DNA of 64,000 nucleotides from Flavobacteriaceae bacterium (GTDB lineage: Bacteria; Bacteroidota; Bacteroidia; Flavobacteriales; Flavobacteriaceae). The DNA lies in contig JAYPSJ010000010.1 of NCBI GenBank assembly GCA_038132955.1, positions 7,463 through 71,462 of the forward strand. Direction: 5' to 3'. Positions 20,891 through 31,232 of the stretch are shown piece by piece. The first letter of the stretch is position 1. The number at the start of each line of letters is the position of its first letter. The notes under the pieces were generated by a model. That model was not told the origin of the DNA, made no database searches, and worked only from the letters and a program-made list of their open reading frames with translations. The translations under genes were made by a program, and so were the position numbers.

Positions 20891-21796
20891 ATGAGGGTAC
20901 TTATCGCTGGAGCTACAGGATTAATTGGCAGGCATTTAGTGACGGCTTTACTTGAGCGCGGCGATGAGGTTTATTATCTGACAACAAATCGAAGTAAGAC
21001 CAGCAGTCTTGCTGGTGCAAAAGGATTTTATTGGGATCCAAAAAATCATTTTTGTCCCAAAGAGGCTGTAGAAGGTGTTTCTGTGGTCATTAATCTAGCC
21101 GGTGCATCGGTATCTTTACCTTGGACAAAAAAGCATAAAAAGGAAATTTTACAAAGTCGTTTAGACACAGCCAAAGCCCTTAAGTTAGCGCTCAAAAAAC
21201 ACGAGCAAAAAATTCATTACATAGGTGCCAGTGGTATCTCAGGTTACGCCTCCTCCTTTTCACTTAATTATAACGACCAAGATCAAACATTTGGCTCAGG
21301 ATTTTTGGCCGAAGTGGTCCGTCAATGGGAAATGGCTACCCATAAGGGCCATGGAAAAAATGTGACAACCGCTGCCGTGCGCACCGGATTAGTTTTAGCC
21401 CGTGAAGCGGGTGTGCTCCGGCAAATCCTCAGACCTATAAAATGGGGAATGGGATCAGTCTTAGGCTCAGGAAAACAATATCAATCATGGATTCATATTG
21501 AGGATCTTGTCGGGGTGTATTTGTGGATTATCGATAATGAATTTGCGGGCAATATAAATGCCGTAGCACCCATAGCGGTAACTCAGAAAAAAATGACTCA
21601 GGTTTTGGCCCAGCATCTGAGACGTCCCCTTTGGTTACCTGCTGTACCTGCACAATTTTTACGATTAATACTTGGCGAGCGCAGCAGCTTAGTTCTAGAC
21701 AGTCAGTGGGTCATTCCGGAAATTTTGACCCGAGCAAATTTTGGGTTTAAATTCTCTGATCTTCGTTATGCTGCTGCTGATTTGTTGTCAAAGTGA
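20891..21796 (+). CDS. TIGR01777-family (YfcH-like) epimerase family protein
   Basis: MRVLIAGATGLIGRHL Rossmann N-terminus, 301 aa, DUF1731-like C-terminus. Confidence 0.8.
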   Translation: MRVLIAGATGLIGRHLVTALLERGDEVYYLTTNRSKTSSLAGAKGFYWDPKNHFCPKEAVEGVSVVINLAGASVSLPWTKKHKKEILQSRLDTAKALKLALKKHEQKIHYIGASGISGYASSFSLNYNDQDQTFGSGFLAEVVRQWEMATHKGHGKNVTTAAVRTGLVLAREAGVLRQILRPIKWGMGSVLGSGKQYQSWIHIEDLVGVYLWIIDNEFAGNINAVAPIAVTQKKMTQVLAQHLRRPLWLPAVPAQFLRLILGERSSLVLDSQWVIPEILTRANFGFKFSDLRYAAADLLSK

Positions 21797-21864
21797 CATT
21801 TTGACATTTTACCCATTGTGGCAATAAATTTGCTTCTTGCTAATAGCTAATAATTTTAAAGATA

Positions 21865-22407
21865 ATGAGCAAAAAAAGTAAGAAAGCCCAAGAAGAAAAT
21901 CCTGAATTGCAGTCAGAGGAGGTTCAAAAGGAGCAAACCCAGCAAAATGAGTCTCACTCTCAAACAGAGCCCTCAGCTGAAGAAGCTTTAGCCCAAGAAA
22001 AGGATCGATATCTTAGATTATTCGCTGAATTTGAGAATTATAAACGCCGCACCAGCAAGGAACGTATTGAATTATTCAAGACGGCGAGTCATGATGTCAT
22101 GGTGGCATTACTGCCTGTGCTGGATGACTTTGACCGTGCATTAAAACAACTTGAAAAGGCAGACGATTCTATGTATGAAGGGGTGACCTTAATCCGTAAC
22201 AAGTTTTTTGAGACCCTGAAACAAAAAGGTTTAGCATTGATTGAAACTGAGATCGGAACACCTTTTGACGCCGATCAGCATGAGGCTATTACCCAAATAC
22301 CTGCACCGAACCAGGAGATGAAAGGTAAAATCATTGAGGTCATAGAAAAAGGATATTTGTTGGGTGAAAAAATTATACGCTATCCTAAGGTAGTAATCGG
22401 ACAATAA
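21865..22407 (+). CDS. grpE: Nucleotide exchange factor GrpE
   Basis: Acidic N-terminus, then RLFAEFENYKRRT and the GrpE C-terminal beta domain. Sits directly upstream of dnaJ. Confidence 0.95.
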   Translation: MSKKSKKAQEENPELQSEEVQKEQTQQNESHSQTEPSAEEALAQEKDRYLRLFAEFENYKRRTSKERIELFKTASHDVMVALLPVLDDFDRALKQLEKADDSMYEGVTLIRNKFFETLKQKGLALIETEIGTPFDADQHEAITQIPAPNQEMKGKIIEVIEKGYLLGEKIIRYPKVVIGQ

Positions 22408-22408
22408 G

Positions 22409-23515
22409 ATGAAAGAAGATTTTTACGAAATATTGGGCGTCTCTAAAGGGGCTAGTGCCAGTGAAATAAAAAAGGCATATCGCAAGAAAGCCATCGAACA
22501 TCACCCGGACAAAAATCCAGGAGACACTAAGGCAGAAGAAAACTTCAAAAAAGCGGCAGAGGCTTACGAGGTGCTGAGTGATCCAGATAAAAAGGCACGT
22601 TACGATCAATTTGGTCATCAAGCCTTTGAAGGTGGTGGCTTTGGTGGAGGTGGCATGAATATGGAAGATATATTCAGTCAGTTTGGTGATATTTTTGGTG
22701 GCGCCTTTGGCGGTGCTTTCGGCGGTGGATTTGGCGGAGGTCAACGACGTGCCAAGGGCAGTAATTTAAGAATACGCGTGAGTTTAAGTCTTGAGGAAAT
22801 AGCTCAGGGTGTTGAGAAAAAAATCAAAGTAAAGCGTAAAATACAAGCTCCAGGAACCACTTATAAAACCTGTAGCACTTGTCAAGGCCAAGGACAGGTT
22901 ACAAAAATTCAAAATACCATCCTGGGTCGCATGCAAACTGCAGCGACCTGTGGAAGTTGTCGTGGTGCCGGCCAAATTCTAGACCACAGACCAGCTGAGG
23001 CAGACCTTGAGGGGATGATTGTCAGTGAAGAAACTGTTTCTATAAAAATTCCAGCAGGGGTCGTGGACGGGATGCAGCTTAAAGTTTCCGGTAAAGGAAA
23101 CGATGCCCCCGGTCAAGGAATTTCGGGAGATTTAATTGTGGCTATTTCTGAAGAAGAGCACCCAATGCTCCAGAGAGAAGGAGACAATTTACATTACGAT
23201 TTATATGTGAGCATTTCCGATGCCGTTTTAGGAACTTCCAAAGAAATTGAGACGGTCACAGGAAAGGTGCGCATAAAAATTGAACCTGGGGCACAAAGCG
23301 GAAAAATACTGCGCTTACGTGGAAAAGGTATACCAAGTGTTCAAGGCTATGGAGTTGGTGATTTACTCGTGCACCTAAACGTTTGGACCCCAAAAACCCT
23401 GTCAAAAGAACAGCGTGATTTCTTTGAAAAGATGAAAAATGATGAGCATTTTATGCCCAAACCTGAAAAAGAAGACAAGTCCTTTTTTGAGAAGGTAAAA
23501 GATATGTTTTCGTAA
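22409..23515 (+). CDS. dnaJ: Molecular chaperone DnaJ
   Basis: J domain with HPD, a Gly/Phe-rich linker, and a CxxCxGxG zinc-finger region. Confidence 0.95.
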   Translation: MKEDFYEILGVSKGASASEIKKAYRKKAIEHHPDKNPGDTKAEENFKKAAEAYEVLSDPDKKARYDQFGHQAFEGGGFGGGGMNMEDIFSQFGDIFGGAFGGAFGGGFGGGQRRAKGSNLRIRVSLSLEEIAQGVEKKIKVKRKIQAPGTTYKTCSTCQGQGQVTKIQNTILGRMQTAATCGSCRGAGQILDHRPAEADLEGMIVSEETVSIKIPAGVVDGMQLKVSGKGNDAPGQGISGDLIVAISEEEHPMLQREGDNLHYDLYVSISDAVLGTSKEIETVTGKVRIKIEPGAQSGKILRLRGKGIPSVQGYGVGDLLVHLNVWTPKTLSKEQRDFFEKMKNDEHFMPKPEKEDKSFFEKVKDMFS

Positions 23516-23606
23516 ATTCATGTTAAAAACATATTTTTTTGTTTATATTTGAGCGTCTCTTTTCCTATAAAGAGTCAATTTTTTCTTTTTCATAGCAATT
23601 TTTTTT

Positions 23607-23644
23607 CCCACCCTAAGTCAACCGATTTAGGGTGGGTTTTGTTT
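23607..23644 (+). terminator. Rho-independent terminator downstream of dnaJ
   Basis: CCCACCCTAA (23607-23616), a 10-nt loop, then TTAGGGTGGG (23627-23636) followed by TTTTGTTT. Confidence 0.6.
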
Positions 23645-23726
23645 ATAATCCATCCATTTTCCTTCCAGAAGAAGTACCTTTACGGTGTATTTGTGCCGGC
23701 TTTTTGGCCCGTATTATTTTTCAGTT

Positions 23727-24662
23727 ATGGCATTATTAGATGTAAATGAAGTTTCGAAGTCTTTTGGCAGCTTTACCGCCTTGGATCGTGTGAGTCTATC
23801 TGTTCCTAAAGGTTCTATCTTTGGATTGCTCGGACCTAATGGTGCAGGAAAGACGACCTTGATTCGCATTGTGAATCAAATCACCATGCCCGACCAGGGA
23901 AATGTTTATTTAGACGGTGCCCCGCTCGCACCTCATCACATCAGCGATATCGGTTATTTGCCTGAAGAACGCGGGCTTTATAAATCGATGAAAGTAGGGG
24001 AGCAAGCCCTCTATCTAGCCCAATTAAAGGGTATGGCTAAATCTGAGGCTAAAGCCCAGCTCAAAATGTGGTTTGAGCGTCTTGATATAGGCCATTGGTG
24101 GGATAAAAAAATACAGGAGCTTTCCAAGGGAATGGCTCAGAAAATCCAGTTTGTGGTGACCGTATTACACCGACCTAAACTTTTAATTTTTGACGAGCCT
24201 TTTAGTGGCTTTGACCCCATAAATGCGCAAGTAATACAAAGTGAAATTTTGCGTCTACGCGACGAGGGTGCCACAGTGATATTTTCGACTCATCGCATGG
24301 AATCAGTTGAAGAATTATGCGATCATATAGCCCTGGTGCATCAGTCTAAAAAAATTCTTGATGGCAATTTAACCCAAATCAAGCGGGCCCACTTAAGCAA
24401 TCGATTTAAAGTTGGTATCCAGTGTGAAAATCATGATCAGATATTTAAGGCTATTGGTGAAAAGTTTAGCATTACACCAACTGTATTTAAATCGGTCTAT
24501 CAAGGGGTCCAATTCAGTCTACAGCTTTCATATCAGGATGCCCCAAACGCGGTGCTGACAGAATTAAGTCGTTACGGTATGGTCTATCACTTTGTGGCCG
24601 AAGTCCCCTCGGCAAACGATTTATTTGTACAAACCATAGCCCAAAACAGTAATAATAATTGA
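23727..24662 (+). CDS. ABC transporter ATP-binding protein (ABC-2/NatA-like)
   Basis: Start trimmed to MALLDVNEV (ATG 23727). Walker [10 protein letters not shown], signature LSKGMAQK, Walker B LLIFDEP. Confidence 0.9.
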   Translation: MALLDVNEVSKSFGSFTALDRVSLSVPKGSIFGLLGPNGAGKTTLIRIVNQITMPDQGNVYLDGAPLAPHHISDIGYLPEERGLYKSMKVGEQALYLAQLKGMAKSEAKAQLKMWFERLDIGHWWDKKIQELSKGMAQKIQFVVTVLHRPKLLIFDEPFSGFDPINAQVIQSEILRLRDEGATVIFSTHRMESVEELCDHIALVHQSKKILDGNLTQIKRAHLSNRFKVGIQCENHDQIFKAIGEKFSITPTVFKSVYQGVQFSLQLSYQDAPNAVLTELSRYGMVYHFVAEVPSANDLFVQTIAQNSNNN

Positions 24663-24701
24663 GCCTAACCACGGCAATCATAAATCTATAATCAAGAGAT
24701 A

Positions 24702-26009
24702 ATGAAACATCTAGGCCTTATCATTACCAGAGAATACCTAAATAAAATTCGCAATAAATCTTTTGTGGTGATGACTTTTTTAAGTCCCTTACTCATGGCG
24801 GCGCTCATCAGCGTGGTGGCTTATCTTTCGAGTGTCAATAATGATACTCTAAAAGACATAAAAGTTTTAGATAATAGCGGGTATTTCGGACATCTATTCG
24901 AAGATAACAATCAGTTGCGTTTTGAGATTTTGCCCGATATGGAGTTAGAGCAGGCCAAAACCTTGGCTGAGGCCACATCGGCTTATGGCTTGTTATACAT
25001 CCCGAGCGTCGATTCTATTGCGGCATTGAAAAAAGGAATTACTTTTTATAGTGCAGATACCCCGGCCCTCGGAGTAACAGTGGCCATGGAACGATTGATA
25101 CAACGGCAGGCTAATGCTCTGGTCTTGCGCGAAAACGGCATAGATGATAAAGCGATAGAGGCTTTGTACTTCAATGTATCCACTCAATTAGAAACCTTTG
25201 CCGGCCAGGAAACCTCTAAACTCGGTTCGGGCTTGAAATTAATTTTTGGGGGTGCCGCAGGATATCTACTGTTCATGTTTATTATTATTTACGGTAACAT
25301 GATTATGCGTAGCGTTATTGAAGAAAAAACCAGCCGCATCATTGAGGTGATTATTTCCTCAGTAAAGCCTAGGGCGCTGATGCTAGGAAAGATTTTTGGA
25401 ACAACCTTGGCGGGCATTACACAATTTGCGATTTGGGTCATTATTTTAGGGCTGTTCTCTGTTGTGGCGTCCAGCGTGCTCGGATTGGAAATAGGATCAG
25501 GGGCTAATTTAGCGCAAGAGGCGGCACAAATTGGTGATCAGGAATCTCAAGAAATAGCCGTAGCTGTGGCTCGAGAAATATGGCAATTGCCCTTGACAAA
25601 TCTTGTGCTCATGTTCTTTTTATATTTCATTGGCGGTTATTTGCTTTACGCCTCACTTTATGCGGCAATTGGCGCCGCTGTAGACAGTGAGACCGATACA
25701 CAACAATTTTTATTACCCATACTCATGCCGCTGATCATTGCCGTTTATGTTGGCGTATTTACTGTGATTGAAGATCCTCATGGGACTGTTTCACAAGTAT
25801 TCAGTTTTATCCCCTTAACCTCGCCTGTGGTGATGCTCATGCGTATACCATTTGGCGTCCCGCTCTGGCAACAAATTTTCTCTGTGGTGCTTTTATTTAC
25901 TACCTTTATGGGAACGGTCTGGTTGGCCGCCAAAATATACCGCGTAGGGATATTGATGTATGGCAAAAAGCCGAGTTATAAAGAGTTAATTAAATGGTTG
26001 AAATATTGA
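24702..26009 (+). CDS. ABC-2 type transporter permease (NatB-like)
   Basis: 435 aa. One N-terminal TM, a large extracytoplasmic loop, then about 5 C-terminal TMs. Lies immediately downstream of the ATPase. Confidence 0.75.
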   Translation: MKHLGLIITREYLNKIRNKSFVVMTFLSPLLMAALISVVAYLSSVNNDTLKDIKVLDNSGYFGHLFEDNNQLRFEILPDMELEQAKTLAEATSAYGLLYIPSVDSIAALKKGITFYSADTPALGVTVAMERLIQRQANALVLRENGIDDKAIEALYFNVSTQLETFAGQETSKLGSGLKLIFGGAAGYLLFMFIIIYGNMIMRSVIEEKTSRIIEVIISSVKPRALMLGKIFGTTLAGITQFAIWVIILGLFSVVASSVLGLEIGSGANLAQEAAQIGDQESQEIAVAVAREIWQLPLTNLVLMFFLYFIGGYLLYASLYAAIGAAVDSETDTQQFLLPILMPLIIAVYVGVFTVIEDPHGTVSQVFSFIPLTSPVVMLMRIPFGVPLWQQIFSVVLLFTTFMGTVWLAAKIYRVGILMYGKKPSYKELIKWLKY

Positions 26010-26908
26010 TTCAAGATGCTGAACAGGAGTTAGCCCAAACTATAAAACGAAGTATTTGGGAAGCGATTTCTGAGGTATTGAATTGGGGTTTTCATTGGGG
26101 GGAAGGAGCCAATCATATTCAAATTACGGTGGGCACTTTGCTTCTGGTTACAATTTCATTTATTGCCACCAGTTATGTTTTAGGACTGGTTCGAAAAATT
26201 TACACTAGAAATCTTAGTGAAACAGATACCCTAAAGTTTATCAGTGTATTCAAATTCATTAAATATCTGGCTTATGTGATCGTTGTTTTTGCCGTTCTGA
26301 GTTTTTCAGGCGTTAATGTAACGCCTTTTTTAGCGGCTAGTGCGGCGCTATTGGTAGGTGTAGGTTTGGCCCTCCAAGAGCTATTCCAAGATGTATTAGG
26401 GGGTATATTTATCATGCTGGATAAGTCCCTTCAAGCAGGCGATATAATCGAAGTGGAGGGCAAGGTGGGCCGCGTAGTTGATATCCGCTTGAGAACAACT
26501 AGGGCGATTACACGGGATGACAAAATAGTGATCATTCCAAACCATAAATTTATTTCAGATACCGTATTTAACTACACTCAAAATCATAAGCAAACTCGGG
26601 AAACTGTTACCGTTGGAGTGGCCTATGGGAGTGATACGGCACTGGTCAAAGCACTATTGCTGAAAAGCTTGGAAAAAGACTCCAGGATTTTATTGAGGCC
26701 TAAGCCTTTTGTACTTTTCGAGGATTTTGGTGATTCCGCCCTTATTTTCAGTGTGAATTTTTTTGTTTCTGACAGTTTTACCGACCCTGTGGTGAAAAGT
26801 GATATACGTTTCAGGATAGACGATTTATTTCGCCAAAATAAAATCAGTATTCCATTTCCTCAGCGCGACGTACACTTGTATACCAAGCCCACTGGTGAAT
26901 CCCAATAA
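25994..26908 (+). CDS. Mechanosensitive ion channel family protein (MscS-like)
   Basis: 3 TMs, then the conserved pore/beta domain: LGGIFIMLDKSLQAGDIIEVEGKVGRVVDIRLRTTRAITRDDKIVIIPN. Confidence 0.85.
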   Translation: MVEILIQDAEQELAQTIKRSIWEAISEVLNWGFHWGEGANHIQITVGTLLLVTISFIATSYVLGLVRKIYTRNLSETDTLKFISVFKFIKYLAYVIVVFAVLSFSGVNVTPFLAASAALLVGVGLALQELFQDVLGGIFIMLDKSLQAGDIIEVEGKVGRVVDIRLRTTRAITRDDKIVIIPNHKFISDTVFNYTQNHKQTRETVTVGVAYGSDTALVKALLLKSLEKDSRILLRPKPFVLFEDFGDSALIFSVNFFVSDSFTDPVVKSDIRFRIDDLFRQNKISIPFPQRDVHLYTKPTGESQ

Positions 26909-26919
26909 ACTCAGTAGTC

Positions 26920-28086
26920 ATGCCAAAAATTTTGATTGTAGAAGACGAAGCCGCCATCCGGCGTGTGCTTTCGAAAATTCTCAAGGAAGAGGATGCTTCC
27001 TATGAAGTTTATGAAGCCGAAGATGGTCGTCAAGGTCTAGAAACGATCCAATCTCAGGTTTTTGATTTGGTATTTTGCGACATTAAAATGCCCGTAATGG
27101 ATGGTATGGAACTCTTGAGCGTAATACAGGAACAATATGCCGAGATTCCTGTAGTCATGATTTCTGGCCATGGGGATATCGAGGTCGCTGTCGAGGCCAT
27201 GCGCCTTGGAGCTTTTGATTATATCTCAAAACCTCCAGATTTGAATCGTCTACTCAATACAGTTCGTCTCGCATTAGATCGAAAACAGCTGTTGGTGGCC
27301 AACAATCGATTGACTAAAAAAGTAGCCAGAAAATACACCATGATTGGCTCTTCGCAGGCTTTGGCGCAAATCAAGTCCATGATTGATAAGGTTGCGCCCA
27401 CTGATGCTAGGGTTTTAATTACGGGGCCCAATGGTTCCGGAAAAGAGTTAGTGGCCCATGCACTGCACAGTCAGAGTACCCGTGCCAAAGGACCGATGAT
27501 TGAAGTGAATTGTGCAGCAATCCCCAGTGAACTCATAGAAAGCGAATTATTTGGACATGTTAAAGGGGCGTTTACCTCGGCGGTCAAGGACAAAGCCGGG
27601 CGTTTCGAAAGCGCCAATGGGGGTACCTTATTTCTGGATGAAATAGGCGATATGAGTCTTTCAGCCCAAGCCAAAGTTTTGCGAGCCCTACAAGAACAAA
27701 AAATACAGCGCGTGGGCAGTGATAAGGACATTAAAGTGGATGTGCGTGTTTTGGCGGCCACCAATAAAGATCTCCCTCAGGAAATCAAAGAAGGTCGTTT
27801 TCGTGAGGATCTCTATCATCGCCTAGCTGTTATTTTGATTGATGTTCCAGGGCTGAATTATCGCAAAGACGATATCGACGAACTAGTGGCCCACTTTTGT
27901 GAGCAAATTGCAAGCGAGCAAGGCGCTACAGTAAAAAACTTCGATAAAAAGGCTTTGAAATTACTCAAGTCGTTTGATTGGACGGGAAATATTCGTGAAC
28001 TGCGCAATGTGGTAGAACGATTGATTATTTTGGGAGGCCCCCAAATAACCGAGGATGATGTGCATCTGTTTGCACAGAAAAAATAA
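26920..28086 (+). CDS. Sigma-54-dependent response regulator (receiver + AAA+), apparently lacking a C-terminal HTH
   Basis: Receiver domain (VEDE...DLVFCDIKMP). AAA+ domain with GPNGSGKE, ESELFGHVKGAFTSA (a GAFTGA variant), LFLDEIGDM and RELRNVVERL. The protein ends about 20 aa after the AAA+ lid. Confidence 0.85.
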   Translation: MPKILIVEDEAAIRRVLSKILKEEDASYEVYEAEDGRQGLETIQSQVFDLVFCDIKMPVMDGMELLSVIQEQYAEIPVVMISGHGDIEVAVEAMRLGAFDYISKPPDLNRLLNTVRLALDRKQLLVANNRLTKKVARKYTMIGSSQALAQIKSMIDKVAPTDARVLITGPNGSGKELVAHALHSQSTRAKGPMIEVNCAAIPSELIESELFGHVKGAFTSAVKDKAGRFESANGGTLFLDEIGDMSLSAQAKVLRALQEQKIQRVGSDKDIKVDVRVLAATNKDLPQEIKEGRFREDLYHRLAVILIDVPGLNYRKDDIDELVAHFCEQIASEQGATVKNFDKKALKLLKSFDWTGNIRELRNVVERLIILGGPQITEDDVHLFAQKK

Positions 28087-28123
28087 TCGCAATAGAAAAA
28101 TAAGGGTATAAAATCTTAGAAAT

Positions 28124-29557
28124 ATGAATAAATCAACCTCCGTCTTAGTATTGTTTTTATGGGCTTTTGCCTTACAGGGACTTTGGGCGCAAAAGCAAAC
28201 AAAGGTTAGTCAAACCCCAGATGAGCAAATGCTGCGCAGCATATATGATTTGGCCTTAACCGATGGACAGGCCTATGAATGGCTAGATTATTTATCTAAT
28301 GAAATCGGGGGGCGTTTGTCAGGCTCATTAGAGGCAGAAAAGGCCGTGCAGTATACCAAAGAAGTCATGCAAGAAATCGGATTAGATTCGGTATGGTTGC
28401 AGCCTGTAATGGTCCCGAAATGGACCCGCGGTGTACCTGAGTACAGTTATATAGAAACAGCCCCAGGCATAAGTTCTGTGGTCAAAGTCTGCGCCCTAGG
28501 TGGATCTGTGGCTACTCCAGATGGAGGGTTGAAGGCTGAGGTAGTTGAGGTTAAAGGTATCGAGGAACTTGAAGCTCTTGGGCGCGAAGCTATAGAAGGA
28601 AAAATAGTGTTTTACAATCGGCCTATGCAGGCCAATTTAATCCACACCTTTGAAGCCTATGGTGGTTGTGTGGATCAGCGCTATTCTGGTGCCAAAGAAG
28701 CCGCAAAGTATGGTGCAGTTGGAGTGGTGGTGCGCTCTATGAATTTACGTCAGGATGACCTGCCGCACACAGGAGCCATGAGTTATGACGATTTACCCGC
28801 GAGTCAGCGCATTCCGGCTTGTGCCATAGCGACCAATGATGCTAATTATCTGAGTACGGCACTGAAACTTAAGCCCGATCTCTTGTTTTATTTTAACCAA
28901 ACCTGTCGTGTTTTTCCGAACGTTCAGTCCTATAATGTGATTGGCGAAATCCGTGGTTCTGAGTTCCCCAATAACTATATGGTCGTAGGGGGTCATTTGG
29001 ATTCATGGGATTTAGGGGATGGTTCTCACGATGATGGTGCAGGCTGTGTTCAGTCCATCGAAGTATTGCGTTTACTCAAAAAAATAGGTTATAAACCCCG
29101 CCATAGCGTAAGAGTGGTTATGTTCATGAATGAAGAAAATGGACTGCGCGGCGGCCGAAAATATGCCGAAGAGGCGCAAATCAAAAAAGAGAATCACGTC
29201 TTTGCCTTAGAGAGTGACTCTGGTGGTTTTACCCCTCGTGGTTTCTCTATTGATGCGGACAGTGAAAATATGGATCAAATTCAATCTTGGGTCCCTTTGT
29301 TTAAACCCTATTTGATTCATTATTTTGAACCCGGGGGTAGTGGTGCAGATATTGGTCCATTAAAGAAAGAGGGTATGGTATTGGCTGGATTACGGCCGGA
29401 TTCTCAGCGCTATTTTGACCATCATCATGCCTCAAATGATACTTTTGATGCGGTGAATAAGCGTGAATTAGAGCTTGGGGCCGCCACAATGACTTCTTTG
29501 ATTTATCTCATGGATAAATACGGAACAAAAACAGAATACACCAGCATCCCTAAGTAG
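28124..29557 (+). CDS. M28 family aminopeptidase with PA domain
   Basis: Signal peptide. HLDSWDLGDGSHDDGAG, MNEENGLRG and DHHHASNDTFD are M28 zinc-ligand motifs. Confidence 0.8.
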   Translation: MNKSTSVLVLFLWAFALQGLWAQKQTKVSQTPDEQMLRSIYDLALTDGQAYEWLDYLSNEIGGRLSGSLEAEKAVQYTKEVMQEIGLDSVWLQPVMVPKWTRGVPEYSYIETAPGISSVVKVCALGGSVATPDGGLKAEVVEVKGIEELEALGREAIEGKIVFYNRPMQANLIHTFEAYGGCVDQRYSGAKEAAKYGAVGVVVRSMNLRQDDLPHTGAMSYDDLPASQRIPACAIATNDANYLSTALKLKPDLLFYFNQTCRVFPNVQSYNVIGEIRGSEFPNNYMVVGGHLDSWDLGDGSHDDGAGCVQSIEVLRLLKKIGYKPRHSVRVVMFMNEENGLRGGRKYAEEAQIKKENHVFALESDSGGFTPRGFSIDADSENMDQIQSWVPLFKPYLIHYFEPGGSGADIGPLKKEGMVLAGLRPDSQRYFDHHHASNDTFDAVNKRELELGAATMTSLIYLMDKYGTKTEYTSIPK

Positions 29558-29567
29558 GGCTTTTTAA

Positions 29568-30956
29568 ATGTTGCTTGAGCGCTATACACGCGAATTTGGG
29601 TATAACCTGCGTCTGGCAGGACCTGTCATTTTGGGTATGCTCGGCCATACGCTTGTTGCCTTTGTAGACAATATTATGGTCGGCCAATTAGGGACGGCAG
29701 AGCTTGCCGCAGTCTCATTAGGCAATAGTTTTATGTTTGTGGCCATGTCACTCGGCATTGGTTTTAGCACAGCCATCACTCCACTTGTAGCTGAGGCCGA
29801 CGGGGAGGGCAATTTTTCTCGCGGAAAAATAGCCTTCAAACACGGGCTGGTATTATGTACCTTGCTTGGCTTGGCACTTTTTACCTCTGTTTTTGTGGCC
29901 AAGCCTTTAATGCATTTGATGAAACAACCTGAAGAGGTGGTAACACTGGCAATGCCTTATTTGACCTATGTAGCGGTATCATTGGTACCACTCATTATTT
30001 TTCAGGCCATTAAACAATGCAGCGATGGTCTGTCATTGACGCGATATCCTATGTACGCCACCCTTGTAGCCAATGTGGTCAACGTGCTGCTGAATTACTG
30101 CTTTATTTTTGGTCATTTTGGTGCGCCCGCCATGGGAGTGGTTGGAGCGGCAATCGGGACTTTGGCCTCGCGTGTGATTATGGTGGTGGTCCTCTGGTGG
30201 TTTTTAGCCCATCATGAAAAAGCAAAATGGTATGTACGCCATTTACGTTTTAAATTATTGAGTTCAAGGGTATTTAAAAAGATTTTAAGACTGGGCTTTC
30301 CTTCGGCTTTACAAATGTTTTTTGAGGTCGTCTTTTTTACCGCGGCTATATGGTTGTCTGGTGTTTTGGGTAAAAACCCTCAAGCCGCGAACCAAATTGC
30401 TTTAAACTTATCTTCGATGACTTTTATGGTAGCCATGGGCTTTAGCGTGGTGGCTATGGTGCGTGTGGGCAATCAAAAGGGTAAAGCAGCATTCTCTGAG
30501 CTTCGGCGAATTGCTTTTTCAATTTTTCTTTTGGCGCTGATATGCTCCATACTTTTTGCTCTGGTGTTTTTGGCCTTCAATCATTGGCTGCCCACTATGT
30601 ATTTAGATATGGACAATGTCGCTCAATGGGTGGACAATAATGAGGTACTTGAAATTGCCAAAACCCTCATAGTCATTGCGGCTTTATATCAAATCAGCGA
30701 TGCGATACAAGTCGTCGCATTGGGGGCACTGCGGGGGCTTCAAGATGTATTTTATCCTACTATTTACACCTTTATTTCCTATTGGATCGTCGGTTTTCCC
30801 ATATCCATTTATTTAGGTATGTATACTTCATTGGAGATCACTGGCATTTGGATAGGATTATTGGCTGGATTAGTGGCCGCAGCTGCGACTCTGTTGTGGC
30901 GATTTAATCGTCTCTCTAAGCGACTTATTGCTCAGGGACCTGCCTCATCGACTTAG
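29568..30956 (+). CDS. MATE family efflux transporter
   Basis: 462 aa, 12 TM. N-terminus (LAGPVILGMLGHTLVAFVDNIMVGQLG) is typical of NorM/DinF-type MATE transporters. Confidence 0.9.
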   Translation: MLLERYTREFGYNLRLAGPVILGMLGHTLVAFVDNIMVGQLGTAELAAVSLGNSFMFVAMSLGIGFSTAITPLVAEADGEGNFSRGKIAFKHGLVLCTLLGLALFTSVFVAKPLMHLMKQPEEVVTLAMPYLTYVAVSLVPLIIFQAIKQCSDGLSLTRYPMYATLVANVVNVLLNYCFIFGHFGAPAMGVVGAAIGTLASRVIMVVVLWWFLAHHEKAKWYVRHLRFKLLSSRVFKKILRLGFPSALQMFFEVVFFTAAIWLSGVLGKNPQAANQIALNLSSMTFMVAMGFSVVAMVRVGNQKGKAAFSELRRIAFSIFLLALICSILFALVFLAFNHWLPTMYLDMDNVAQWVDNNEVLEIAKTLIVIAALYQISDAIQVVALGALRGLQDVFYPTIYTFISYWIVGFPISIYLGMYTSLEITGIWIGLLAGLVAAAATLLWRFNRLSKRLIAQGPASST

Positions 30957-30995
30957 AAAATTCTTGATTACCTTTACCCTCAAATAACAGACTCT

Positions 30996-31232
30996 ATGGA
31001 ACTGCCAAAATTCTTACTAGGAGACAATACTGATACCCCAGACGCGATTTATGTCATTCACACCGAATTTCCTCGCTTTATCATCAATCTAGTCGATGAT
31101 CAAATCGAATGGTTTGAAGAATTTGACAGCGAAGATCTCAAAGAGCTAGAAGAAGAAATGACGCGATGTATCGATCAAGCCTCAGAATTTTACGATAGGG
31201 AGATGGCACGCTACGAAAATGACAATGATTGA
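30996..31232 (+). CDS. Small acidic hypothetical protein
   Basis: 78 aa, very acidic C-terminal half. Its stop overlaps the start of the PAP2 gene by 14 nt, which suggests translational coupling. No family recognised. Confidence 0.5.
   Translation: MELPKFLLGDNTDTPDAIYVIHTEFPRFIINLVDDQIEWFEEFDSEDLKELEEEMTRCIDQASEFYDREMARYENDND

Noticed and set aside
22620-22745. Repetitive GGTGG/TTTGG DNA that looks like a microsatellite
   Set aside because: It encodes the Gly/Phe-rich linker of DnaJ (GGGFGGGG...GGAFGGAFGGGFGGG), so it is ordinary coding low complexity.
23549-23749. 66-aa ORF in the dnaJ-ABC intergenic region
   Set aside because: It reads straight through the strong terminator hairpin at 23607-23644 and into the ABC gene's start. 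It is Phe/Ser-rich nonsense typical of T-rich spacer.
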